Source of the DNA: Lytechinus pictus | Lineage: Eukaryota | Length of the DNA: 60,000 nt | Reading direction: 5' to 3' | Assembly (NCBI RefSeq): GCF_037042905.1 | Contig: NC_087245.1 | Coordinates: 38,194,001 to 38,254,000 of the forward strand | In this document: positions 49,301 to 60,000 of the stretch, piece after piece | Position numbering within the stretch: position 1 is the stretch's first letter | Layout of the letters: every line of letters begins with the position of its first letter | Notes under the pieces: generated by a model | Databases searched by the model: none | What the model saw: only the letters and a program-made list of their open reading frames with translations | Told to the model about the DNA's origin: nothing | Program-made: the position numbers and the translations under genes

Positions 49301-52300
49301 AACAAAACGATAATCATATTAATAATGATATTTACAATGAACTACATAATCATGATAATAACTGTAGAATATTCATGATAAAGCATTTTGAATATAACCC
49401 CTTTTATTCATCTTTACTATTTAAATAAATGTTGAGGAAATGGAGGGATCCACTAAAAAGTAGGGCTTGTTGAGTGTGGATTCCTCAAAGAATAAGTTAG
49501 CAGACAGATTTGTAGGTATAAGTATAAATGCAAGAAAAAGAAAAAAAATTCTAAAAAAGAAAACGTCTAATGCTATTGTGATGAATGGAGTAAGGAAATC
49601 TTTATTTCATAATCGAATAGAGATACAATTTACCCAGGGCTTTGCCAGTGATAATGGGGCAAAATTCCCTTCTCTAGCAATAGGCAGGGTTAATTAGTGC
49701 ATGGTAGTAACTCATTTTCAAAAAGAGCCTTTTTCTTATATTTATTCGTATTTCAGGAGCATTTTTTTGTCATTATGCCTCCCTAACTAGGCATATACAA
49801 CTAAATCAATATCATTTTAAATAGAAATACATCAGTGGCACCAGGGAGCTTTGAGCACACATACATGTAAGAATGCATGGCCAACACTTACAGACATTAC
49901 ATGTAGTAAATTTTCCAGGATTCAAAATCAGTGATTCAGCTACTAATTAAATCATAATTACAATCCCCAGGTATTCTTTTACCATTTTCACACAAACTAC
50001 AACCACTCTCCCCTCCTCCACCTCACATCTGCCCTCCCACCCCCATTCATATATAACGGCCTGTATTCTGAATTAAGGTTTAATTCAAACTATTGTCTAA
50101 AGTTGTGTTTTAACTATGGATAGCCAATTGTGAAACAAATTTCCAACTGTACAAGTTCAAATTTTCAACTCATTTCACACTAATATCATTCATAAATGTC
50201 AGGAAATAAAATCTAAAATTGTTTTCTTCACCATTAAGCATGATGAAAGCGAAGTAAAACAAAAGAAACAAACAATGTTAACACATTTTTTTTTTCAGCT
50301 TTCCATAATTTTAACAGAATTAGACCACTGTCTAAGTTAAACCAGACTTCAAAATAAGGGGAATAAAAACTAATATTGTTTACTTCACAATTAAAGCATG
50401 AAGAAAGAGCAAAGTAAAACATAAGAAACTAAACAATGTAAACACACTTTTTTATATTTTCAGCTTCCCATAATTTTAACAGAATTAGACCATGGTCTAA
50501 GTTAACCAGACTTCAAAATGAGGGAGATAAAAACTAATATTGTTTTCTTCAGCATCAAAGCATGATGAAAGAGCAAAGTAAAACAGAAGAAACTAACAAT
50601 GTAAACACAATTTTTCTGATATTTTTGGCTTCCCATAATTTTAACAGAATTAGACCATGGTCTAAGTTAAACCAGACTTCAAAATAAGGAAAATAAAACT
50701 AATATTGTTTTCTTCAGCATTAAAGCATGATGAAAGAGCAAAGTAAAACATAAGAAACTAACAATGTAAACACAAATTTTCTGATATTTTCAGCTTCCCA
50801 TAATTTTTTAACAGAATTAGACCATGGTCTAAGTTAAACCAGACTTGAAAATAAGGAAAATAAAACTAATATTGTTTTCTTCAGCATTAAAGCATGATGA
50901 AAGAGCGAAGTAAAACATAAGAAACAAACAATGTAAACACATTTTTTCTGATATTTTTGGCTTCCCATAATTTTAGCACAGAGTTAGACCATGGTTAAAC
51001 CAGAAAAAGTGGCCTATGTATTTTGCTCGATACTCACTTTGCTTTGACACCATCAAACATGCCTGTCTTGATGTAGAAGGGGCACACCACTGTACACTTT
51101 ACACCCGACTTCCCGGTGTACTGTAGCTCGTGATAGAGGGCGTCATCCAATCCGACAGCCGCAAACTTACTGGCGCAGTAATCCACAAGGCCACTCACTC
51201 CAAGATGGCCGGCAAGAGAAGCGATGGTTACTATGTGACCTTGGTTCTTCTCCAACATGTTAGGCAAGAAAGCTTTCAGTGTCTACAAATCAACAAAAGA
51301 CATAGGGTCACAAGGAATACAAATTGGGAATTTTTCTTGAGGTGATTTAAGGCCACCGCACACCTTACGGTTGGTCTGCGACCCAATTTTGGAATAAAAC
51401 GTCCAACATTTTAATGTGAACATTGAGACATGAAACATACTGTGCCAAGTTCAAAGTCATATAATGTGAATACTTAAATACACATTCATGTGACATAATG
51501 CAGAGCTGCCAACATTGGGATGATAGAATCCAGTAGATTTCGCGGAGGTATGATTTTGTGAGGGAGCGGCGGAACGTTGTCCGACGGATGGGAGTTTTGG
51601 GTAGCAAAATACATTAAGAAACAACATTTGATAGTAACCGACAGCTGTCTAAACCATAAAAAAAATTCTGATAGATTAAATGCACATTAGAGAGAATTCA
51701 TGAATTGTCATTGACTAAATATACACTTCAGGCAATACAGTAGATTTTATAAATAATCCATAAAAGAATGCATTCAACATGAAAATACCTTTGATTGGCC
51801 AGAGGGGGAAGGGGCTGCAGTAGTGGTAAACATGGTAAATGAGCTTTATATGTCACTTATGTGGACTGTTTAAAGTCTCTGAGGGATTCCTGTGAAAATT
51901 GTCACACAGTCCCATTCTGCTTGAAAATTATCTTTATACTTCGACAAGTATTTTGTCGTCTTGGTCTTGGATGACTCCATCTCCATGATCTCCATGGTCA
52001 CTGGCGATGCGATTGTAGTGTGGATGAATCGGGACGGGGCGTGCTTCGCACAGCTCAGCCAGCCAGCGCCAGGCTAGCTCACTCACGAAAGAGAAAATGT
52101 TCGAATCCGATCAACCCAAGTGAAAATAGGCGAAAAAATCTCCACTTTGCTTCTAATTCTTCAGGATTGTCAATAAAATTATTCCTGAAATTGAAAGTCG
52201 AGGTGTAAAAGTAATCCACTTGTTAATCCCATCGTTGATCCACAGTTTCAGCTCGAATAAGGCGCACGCAAGCTTACAAAAAATGCCTCGCAGTGCTCGT

Positions 52301-54362
52301 GAACTTTAATTCTCGGAGCTTCCTGGCGCAGCGCGGCCGGCTGGAGCCGCGCCGGGGCGCATCGGGGGCCATGTGCACGGAGTACCGCTGAAGAGTTTTC
52401 ATCACACACATGCAGAACCCGGAAATAAAATGGAATGTTAGACTTCTTCACCAGTCGTTCAGTAAAATTATCTTCATTTACATGGGAAATCAATGTACGA
52501 TTATACAAAAACTGGTAAAAGTTACTGGGTAAAATGAAAATGTGATAAGGAGGTTCCACGTGGGTGTTAGGAAGTTGAACATGCTAGACTCGTTAAACAG
52601 TCGTTTGTATGAATTTTACAATTTAACAGCTAAAAATCCTGATTATCCGGGAGATTTTGGCATGGGGTCGGGAGAACGGGAGATTGGATCGCAATCCAGT
52701 ATTCTCCCGCAGGATCCGGGAGACTTGGAAGCTCTGCATAATGACATGTCATAGAAGTTGTACGATCGGCTACGATTTAAAACTGAAGTTCATATTCATG
52801 GCGACTGCTATTCTTTAATAATAAGAATGAGTTTAATATCTAATTGTAATGATGTCATTGCAACGCACAATGGGCTACGATTTGAAACAAATTTGGACTT
52901 AGCACCTAATTAAAAGGCTTGAAATTAACCAGAAATTCCACATTAGTATTCTCAAAGTTATTTTGTACCACAAATAAGATTTTATTTGTTCGTATATTTT
53001 ATTGAATTTCAACAAAATGGAGAAAGAAAAAGAAATAATAATGAACTCTTTCAGATAACCTAACTTTCAGAATTTTGATTTCTGAAGACCAAACCTTGCC
53101 TGGCCTAGCAACTTGTTTTGGAGGTGGAGAGGGAGAGTGTTTATACCTACCCAGAAATGAGCATTGATGTTGACATCCATGGTCTTCTTGATGAGACGAT
53201 CCGGACACTGCAAAAGCTTCTTCCCGGAAACTATGCCTGCGTTGTTGATTAGGATAGTCACATGACCAATATCTTCCCTCACTTTATCAGCGGTCTTGTA
53301 GACAGCCTCGTTGTCACAACAATCCACTACATAGCTGTATGCCTTACCTCCTGCCCCTCTGAAATGTAATAAGCAAAACAACCACTAAGACTAAACTCAC
53401 TAAAGGGCAATTCCATAAAATGATCAACCTTTCTGTAGGTCCGACCCCCATTTTTCTCAAGTCTTACCTCACCTCATAAACAGACAAAGTCATGGTCCTT
53501 TGAGAACATTACAGACTGTCAAAAGAACAAGAAATCAGAGACAGGAAATTTCATAAAGGTCCCACATAGAGGGGGCCGGACGTACATATTTTATGGAATT
53601 GCCCATTTGCATTTTTTTGTAATAATGAGTTTAACTTGAATAATATTCACTTCAAACTGCATATCCACATAAACAACCATTGCCATCATCACGATCATCA
53701 TCAATATTATCATTATCATAAGCATTATCATCATCAACAATATCATCATAGTTTGGTAAATAAACTTGTAAGATAACTTACATGAAATGTAATAACTTTA
53801 CAACTTATAAGGAATGAAGGTAACATATAGGCTTGCCCCTTGAATCTCAAAATGCTACTGCACTACCCGAGACCCTGCCCCTTCACAACTACGGTACTTT
53901 TCTTCAATGCATGCCTCCCTCCCTTCCACATTGCGCTGCACTCAACCCAGGTGAGGTAAATGGGTACCGGCAGGAAGCAAATCCTCAAAAAGCTGTGCGC
54001 ACCGGAATCGGTAGACTAGCTTAGCCGCAGTAATACAGGAGCACCTAGCTATGTCATTATTATTCCTTCCTATATATTTTTTTCAAAGCAGACTCTAACC
54101 TAATCTCTTTGACCACTCCTTGTGCAGTTTCATTGTTGATGTCCCATATAATGACCGTTGCACCAAGCTCAGCGAAGGACAGGCTCATCAATCGCCCGAT
54201 GCCGGATCCTCCACCGGTTATCAGCACGATGTCCTTGCTGACATCCTTCTTCGGCTTCCACTCACCCGGGATGATGTTGTCGATAAAACCAAGGAAGTTG
54301 TAGAAGCAAATCTTTGCAAGAGTCCACAGGAGGATGATAAAAGTAATAGCTGGGTTCTCCAT
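43300..54362 (-). CDS. SDR16C-family short-chain dehydrogenase (epidermal retinol dehydrogenase 2 / RDH10 / 17beta-HSD11-like), about 311 aa, with two alternative last exons
   Basis: Exons 54362-54100, 53358-53151, 51282-51038, 49131-49006, then 47158-47065 or 43393-43300. Hydrophobic N-terminal anchor, ITGGGSGIG Rossmann motif, LINNAG, catalytic [16 protein letters not shown]. Confidence 0.93.
44072..44335. mobile_element. MITE of the same family as 7602-7880
   Basis: TIRs of about 40 bp, CTG flanks. Confidence 0.75.
45338..45885 (-). mobile_element. Helentron/HINE-like element, shorter copy lying between the two SDR last exons
   Basis: Same termini ACAAGTGG...GCAGGTGAGACAAAAA. Confidence 0.7.
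47065..47158 (-). CDS. SDR16C-like last exon A ([30 protein letters not shown])
   Basis: ACAG acceptor in the required phase 2; MxxF/YxGR C-terminal motif; TAA stop. Confidence 0.85.
48141..48320. mobile_element. Palindromic MITE (GGTGTTTCATAAAGCTGTTCGTAAG family)
   Basis: TIRs of about 60 bp; related to the host element at 16577-17770. Confidence 0.8.
49006..49131 (-). CDS. SDR16C-like exon 4 ([41 protein letters not shown])
   Basis: LxPxY...I.TN...P motif typical of SDR16C; TTTCAG acceptor and GTAAGT donor. Confidence 0.92.
50058..51003. repeat. Tandem array of ~165-bp units (about 5 copies) derived from one half of a MITE
   Basis: TTAGACCATGGTCTAAGTTAAACCAGACTT recurs at about 50320, 50486, 50651, 50817 and 50985; a single-unit MITE is at about 43451-43706. 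Confidence 0.8.
51038..51282 (-). CDS. SDR16C-like exon 3 (TLKAFLPNM...[11 protein letters not shown]...[11 protein letters not shown]...[10 protein letters not shown])
   Basis: Catalytic S and YxxxK; GTGAGT donor. Confidence 0.95.
51501..52736. mobile_element. Non-autonomous DNA transposon nested in an older element (about 51351-53010)
   Basis: TIR CAGAGCTGCCAA...TTGGAAGCTCTG; 7-bp TSD CATAATG on both sides. Confidence 0.75.
53151..53358 (-). CDS. SDR16C-like exon 2 (...[15 protein letters not shown]...NAHFW)
   Basis: NNAG motif; canonical splice sites. Confidence 0.95.
53404..53605. mobile_element. Small MITE
   Basis: TIR GGGCAATTCCATAAAAT...ATTTTATGGAATTGCCC. Confidence 0.7.
54100..54362 (-). 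CDS. SDR16C-like exon 1 (MENPAITF...[13 protein letters not shown]...WDIN); acceptor at 54378
   Basis: TGxxxGIG motif; AG|GTTAGA donor. Confidence 0.93.
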
Positions 54363-57161
54363 TTTGCCTGGTTGTACTCTGTAAGTTGACAAATAAAAGT
54401 GTTATGAATGACAATGATATTCAAAGATTCATTTCCGGTTCAGTAATGGTTTACAATCCAAGAAAGCTCAAGCTTTCTCTAACAAGCTCCAAGCAAAGGT
54501 CAATGTAGAAAGTTCACTTCTGTACACTGAAGCGTAATGCGATTTTCAATGTAGTAGTGACACCTACTATAATATGAAAATAATCCTCAATCAAAACTGA
54601 CTTGAATAATAAAAGCAGGTTATATTTTCTCCTAACTCATAACCTCTATATCAAAATCAACACTTTCCAATTATGCAATCAACAAAACATAATTACCCTG
54701 GATTATAATATAAACATAGGTCCACTAATGAAATCACAAAAGACTTCCCTTTTTTCCAATATAATTTCAACGTTTCACATATGTGTGCATAGTCCTATTG
54801 GGATACTACATGTATGCAGCACAGAATGAATCGTTTGTGTAGGCTTATCATTACAAACGTACAAGTATCAGAACAGACAAACTACCAAGATAAAAAGTAA
54901 GAACAAAGTTCTCTTTCCAGTACAACTTGCAGTTGTACACAGCCTTTGCTTTTATCAATGATTATTTTTTTAAGTCATAAGAGGTGATCTTTGAGAACAA
55001 AATTTTATCAGGGTCCTTGAGAAAATTTGAGTTTTTATCTACAGGAGTCTAGGTAAAAGGTTGATGTCTTTCACTGCCAATCGTAGAAAACCCTTGATTT
55101 TGAGTGCTTGAACATGTGAAGTACTGATTTCAACTACAAGTAAATTAGGCCTGGGTTGGCAGTCGATTGTTTGCCAGATTAAACAATCACACAGTTTGAA
55201 TAATCAAGATTCTTGGATAATCAAGAGTAAAAAAAATTGGACCTACATGTATATACCTGACCTACAGATAGTCAGACACAACAAGCAAGCTGACCCAGTC
55301 GAGAGTCCCAGCCACTATTGTTGCGTCTTGAAAGAATGTTTTTTATGTTTTTGAATTCTGTTTAATTACTAAGAAGATTAATATATTAATTTTTAAAAAA
55401 TGCCTACATAAGAGAGACAAACAAAAGAGAGTAATCGAGGAATGAGATGGGCTGATAATTCATTGATCACAGCAAATGCATGGTTTGGTTGATCCCCACC
55501 TCCCCTGCCCTGGATAAACAGCCTCTTTTGAATTGCCAATAGAAGCTTGCACGTTTTACGTTACAGTGTGTCATAGTATGATCATCCGATTTACAAAAAT
55601 TCCCAATAAGTACACAGGTCTTGTTTGCATAGTACTACTAGAGACCAAAGAGTACATGTAGGTAGTGTAAATAGAGATCCTAGTCTGTAGGGTCTTGTGG
55701 TTATCAGAAACGCAACAATTATTGATGTGCATGACTACTAGTTTTGAAAAATTTACCTAAAGCCAACATACTACTCATCAAAAGACTGGTCACCTGCCAT
55801 TCTTGACAAATACCCACTCATTCAATGAACAAGGTTAAATATAATATAACCTTGTTCTCAGTTATATCTCCATGTGTGGCAAAATAAGGGTGCAATTTTG
55901 GCTTATTTTCTCTTTTTCTATGGGACAAATGCTTGATTTTCTTACACGTCAGTTTCCAATACAGCTATTCATCATATAACTTGGCTCTTTATATGTAAAT
56001 TTGATTCTTTAAATTATTTTTTCTTAATAAAAAATAGAGAATGAAAAATGAAAATTTTCTTCCATATTTCTTCCCACCAATAGAGGGGCGTACACAAAAA
56101 TATGCCCAAAATTCAAGTTTTTGAGCGCTCTGGTGAATACAAAAAGTATTCCCAAGTTACTAATGAAAAATAAATTGCAACTGTATGGAAATTAGTAATT
56201 TGGTCACAAAAGTGATATTTTAATTTTTTCTAAGTGTGTGCTGTGTACAGCATTGGCATACCATAGTCCTACCTGTAGATTCCCCACAGGCAGAATGGTT
56301 GCAGTGAACAAGTGCAAATAGCCAGGAATGGTTTGTTGTCAAGGTCTCATTAGGAATGAAGAGATTATGATTCACCGGTTAAGACTTGAAAAACGTAAAT
56401 TAAATTATTATCTGTATGAATATAATCAACATGAAAATGGTCTATGTTCACATTGTCAGGTCCCTGAGACAATATAACATTTTTTTTACTACAATGTAAG
56501 AAAATGAATAGAAAGAAGAACTATGCAAAGAAGCCTGGAATAAAAAAGCCAACATCAGATCTAGCAACATTATTGGGAAGAAATACAGATTATAAAGTCA
56601 TCCTGAATTATGTGAAAAAACAAAGAGATTTGAATAAGAATATTTATAAATGATCTCTCTCTCTCTTTCTTCTGTTATTCTGATGATTATTATTAATATT
56701 ATTTGTCGTGATTTAATTCCTTGACCAGGGTGCGACATAAGCGCTTGCCCGATTGCCCGGGGCAAGTAAAAGTTAGAGTCGGGCAAGTGTTTTGAAGCAA
56801 AGACAAAAACTGCTTGCCCGAATTGGGCAAGCAAAATTCTCCTATGGAAATTATATTTTAGGAAGATTCCCCATATTTCACCATCAAAATATAGAAAAGA
56901 AAAAGAGACAAAAAAAAGCAATATCATTAATTTCTTCTTTCGAATTGCAAAATTTGCGCCATATTCTGCAATAAACACACAGCTCAGAGACGTACACACA
57001 CACACAGAATCAATGGCAGTCTAGCATACCTAGCTAGCTAGCTCCTATAGTCCACGCAGCCGATGCATGTAGTAAAGTTATATACGGAGTACGGTGCTGC
57101 ACGAACGTAGTTTGCTCTGGAAGAAATCTCCCACAGAACTGTCAAAATTCACATTTCTTAC

Positions 57162-57310
57162 CAATGAAAATTCTTGTAGTGTCCATATTTCCTAGAAATT
57201 GGTGGTGGCTCTGTCATTTGTAAGCGGTAAAAGGAGAAATTTTCACTTCTGTTATGCTTTAAAAAGATCGGGTTTCGAATGATCGTCCGTATCGCACACA
57301 CTGAAATACA
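57162..57310 (-). other. Candidate non-coding first exon of the SDR16C-like gene
   Basis: TTG|GTAAGA donor at 57161 in a locally CpG-rich segment; the ATG exon begins with an acceptor, so an upstream exon is needed. Confidence 0.35.
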
Positions 57311-57429
57311 TTGTTTGACAGTCCCGCATATGCATTTGTGTGTATGTTGATAAACGTGGTTTCTTTCGTAACTATTTTTTCAGCCAAGGAAATTGATAAA
57401 AGTTTCTTCTTTATTTATGACTGGATAGT

Positions 57430-59090
57430 TTGAGCTTTCTTCCTCTCTATTTTCTTTCTTTCTGCCTATCTTTCCTTCTTTTGAATCTCTCTTTATTTCT
57501 TTAAATTTCCTTCTTTTGTTCATTTTTCCTGTTACTATACTATAGCTGTCATTCTTTTCTTTCTATCTTTTTTTCTTTCTTCCTTCCATCCAACCTTTGT
57601 TTACCTATTTCTTTAATCCTTCCTTCACTTTCCCCTTCCTTTCATTCTTTCTTACTGTCTTCCTTCCTTCCACCCATTCTTTAACTTTTCTTCCTGTCTT
57701 TTTTTCTTCCTTACTTTCTTCATCCCCGTTCATTCTTTCTTTTCTTTCCTTCATTCCTTCCTTTCTTTTTGTCTTTCATTCTTTCTTTCTCCTTCCTTCC
57801 TTTATTTCTGTCTTTCATTCTTTTGATCTTTCTTTTTCCATCCATCCTTTCTTTTCTTCCTTATTTTTTCTTTCTGCCTTCCTTAATTCATCTCTTTCCT
57901 TCATTCCTTCCTTCATTTCTTTCTGTCTTTCGTTCTATCTTTTTTTCCTTCCTTCCATCTATCCTTATACCTTTTCTTTCTTCCTATCTTCCTTCTTTCC
58001 TTTCTCTTGTTTTCTTTCTCTTTTTCTTCCTTCCATCAATCCTTTACCTTTTCTTTCTTTCTTTTTACCTTTTTTCTTTCTTTTTCTTTATTTATTCGTT
58101 CCTTTCTTTCCTTCCTTTCTCTTTCCCTCAGTTTTGTTTTCTATTTTTTTTCTTTCCTTCCTTCCTCCTTTCTATCTTTCTTTCCTTCTTTCTTTCTGAT
58201 TTTTTTTTTTTTTTTGTCTTTGGTTCTTTTGATCTTTCTTTTTTTCCCATCCATCCTTTCTTTTCTCCCTTATTTTTTCTTTCTGCCTTCCTTCACCTCT
58301 TTCCTTCATTCCTTCCTTCATTTCTTTCTGTCTTTCGTTGTATCTATCTTTTCTTTTTTTCCCTTCCTTCCATCTATCCTTATACCTTTTCTTTCTTCCT
58401 TCTTTCCTTTCTCTCGTTTTCTTTCTTTCTCTTTTCCTTCTTTCCATCAATCCTTTACCTTTTCTTTTTCTCTTTTCTTTCTTCCTTTCTTTCTTTTTAC
58501 CTTTTTTCTTTCTTTTCTTTATTCATTCGTTCCTTTCTTTCCTTCCTTTCTCTTCCCCTCAGTTTTGTTTTCTATTTTTTTTCTTTCCTTCTTTCTTTCT
58601 TCCTTTCTTTCTTTCTGATTATCTTTTCTTCCTTATTTTTTCTTTCTGCCTTCCTTCATCTCTTTCCTTCATTTCTTTCTGTCTTTCGTTGTATCTATCT
58701 TTTCTTATTTTCTTTTTTTTCCTTCCTTCCATCTATCCTTATACCTTTTCTTTCTTCCTTCTTTCCTTTCTCTCGTTTCCTTCCTTTCTGTTTACCTTTT
58801 TTTCTTTCTTTTTTTCCTTTTATTCATTCCTTTCTTTCCTTCCTTTCTCTTCCTCTAATTTTTTTCCAATTTTTTTTTTCCATCCTCCTTTCCCTTCCTT
58901 CTTTCTTTCTTTCTTTCTTTCCATCTTTCTCTTCCCCGCAGCCATTCTCTCTCTTTCTTTCTTTCTTTTTTTTTTCTTTCTTCCTTTATTTCTTCGTCCT
59001 TTCTGTCTTCTTACTTTTTTTTCTTTCATTCTCTCCCCCTCTCTTATTTTTTTTCTGTGGTTATTTTCAGTGTTTTCCCCTTTTTTTATT
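57430..59090. repeat. Polypyrimidine/polypurine low-complexity tract with ~400-bp higher-order repeats
   Basis: Almost only C and T on the + strand; block CCTTCCTTCCATCTATCCTTATACCTTTTC recurs three times. Confidence 0.9.
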
Positions 59091-59675
59091 GTGTGTCCTA
59101 GTCCCCTCCAAAATATATGGAAAATATATGAGATTAGGAAATTAATTAAAGAGCATATTTACCATATATTTTGTCATGATGTTCAAGATAAAAATCATTA
59201 AAAAAAAGAAATACAACTACAAGGTACATCAGTAGTCATGTTGAAAAATGTATTTTTAAAGCCGTCAATGGTATGGTATGTAAAACTATAAGGCTATAAC
59301 TTGATTTGAAGCAACAAAACTTTGTTTTGAAGGATTTTTTCGGGCAAGTGAAATCTATATTCGGGCAAGTATTTTCCAACTATTTGAAAATTTACTTGCC
59401 CGACTGGGCAAGTGCTTCAAAAAAGTTATATAGCACCCTGCTTGACTGTTCCAAAATTGAGTTTCTGTCTACTTTATTCAACCATGTTCGCATACAATTA
59501 AGTACAAATCTATGCATAATAATGGTGAGCACTGAAGGAAACGCATAATTTCGCCATTTGACAGGCCAGTCTAATGCCGAGGACATTGAAACGGGTATAA
59601 GCAAATCCATCCACGTCTATAAATCGGGAAGTTGGAATCGACCTGGCGCATATAATCTACACAGCGCCAACAGCT

Positions 59676-60000
59676 CCCGGGGGCCAGTCAAATATATTGC
59701 TGTACACACGCGTGACCAAGGAATTTCCAAACACCCCCTAAACGAGTTTTTCTCTGTGTGCAAAATAACCCCTAAACAAGTTTTTCACGGGTTTTATTTA
59801 CACATTTTGGCCCCTAAACAAGTTGTCGCCAAAATAAGACCTCGGGGAAAAAGCTTGGGAAAAAACATACCCTAAACACATTTGGCTAGTCTTAAAAAAA
59901 AAGCTTTTGGGGAAAAACATACCCTAAATACGTTTGACCCCGCGATTGACCTTTGACCAGTCTTTCAAAACCACCCTTTTTCTTGAAAATCTGTGTTTTT
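59676..60000. mobile_element. End of a CCCGGGGG-terminated repeat with ACCCTAAAC subterminal motifs, truncated by the window
   Basis: CCCGGGGG start and repeated CCCTAAAC motifs. Confidence 0.5.

Larger units (their letters stand above)
56726..59440. mobile_element. Non-autonomous TIR element (hAT-like ends) enclosing a CpG-rich segment and a 1.6-kb polypyrimidine tract
   Basis: TIR CAGGGTGC.A.ATAA (13/15 match), subterminal CTTGCCCG repeats, 6-bp flanking direct repeat CTTGAC. Confidence 0.65.

Noticed and set aside
57597..59201. Long ORFs of 200-458 aa rich in F/S/L
   Set aside because: Artefact of a C/T-only tract that cannot contain stop codons; open in all three frames with no domain.

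Overview
Eukaryotic, intron-rich and repeat-rich animal DNA. An echinoderm, probably a sea urchin, is inferred from gene style and repeat landscape but not proven. Two protein-coding genes lie in tandem on the minus strand. (1) A complete Pumilio (PUF-family RNA-binding translational repressor) gene: 21 coding exons from 31797 to 4568 (about 1193 aa), a probable non-coding first exon and promoter near 35.3 kb, and a long 3' UTR that probably runs past the window start and carries 7 canonical Pumilio response elements. (2) An SDR16C-type short-chain dehydrogenase (RDH-E2/RDH10/HSD17B11-like, about 311 aa) from 54362 downward, which has two homologous, intact, alternative 94-nt last coding exons. 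Introns and intergenic DNA are full of non-autonomous DNA transposons (piggyBac-, hAT-, Kolobok-, Harbinger- and Helentron/HINE-like) and SINEs. The most unusual signals are: a ~170-bp chimeric SINE with a 7SL/Alu-domain head fused to a Deu-like core in pumilio intron 1; the duplicated terminal exon of the dehydrogenase; and a weak GC splice donor in pumilio whose read-through gives a Pro-rich truncated Pumilio lacking the RNA-binding domain. All coordinates were read by eye and no searches were run.
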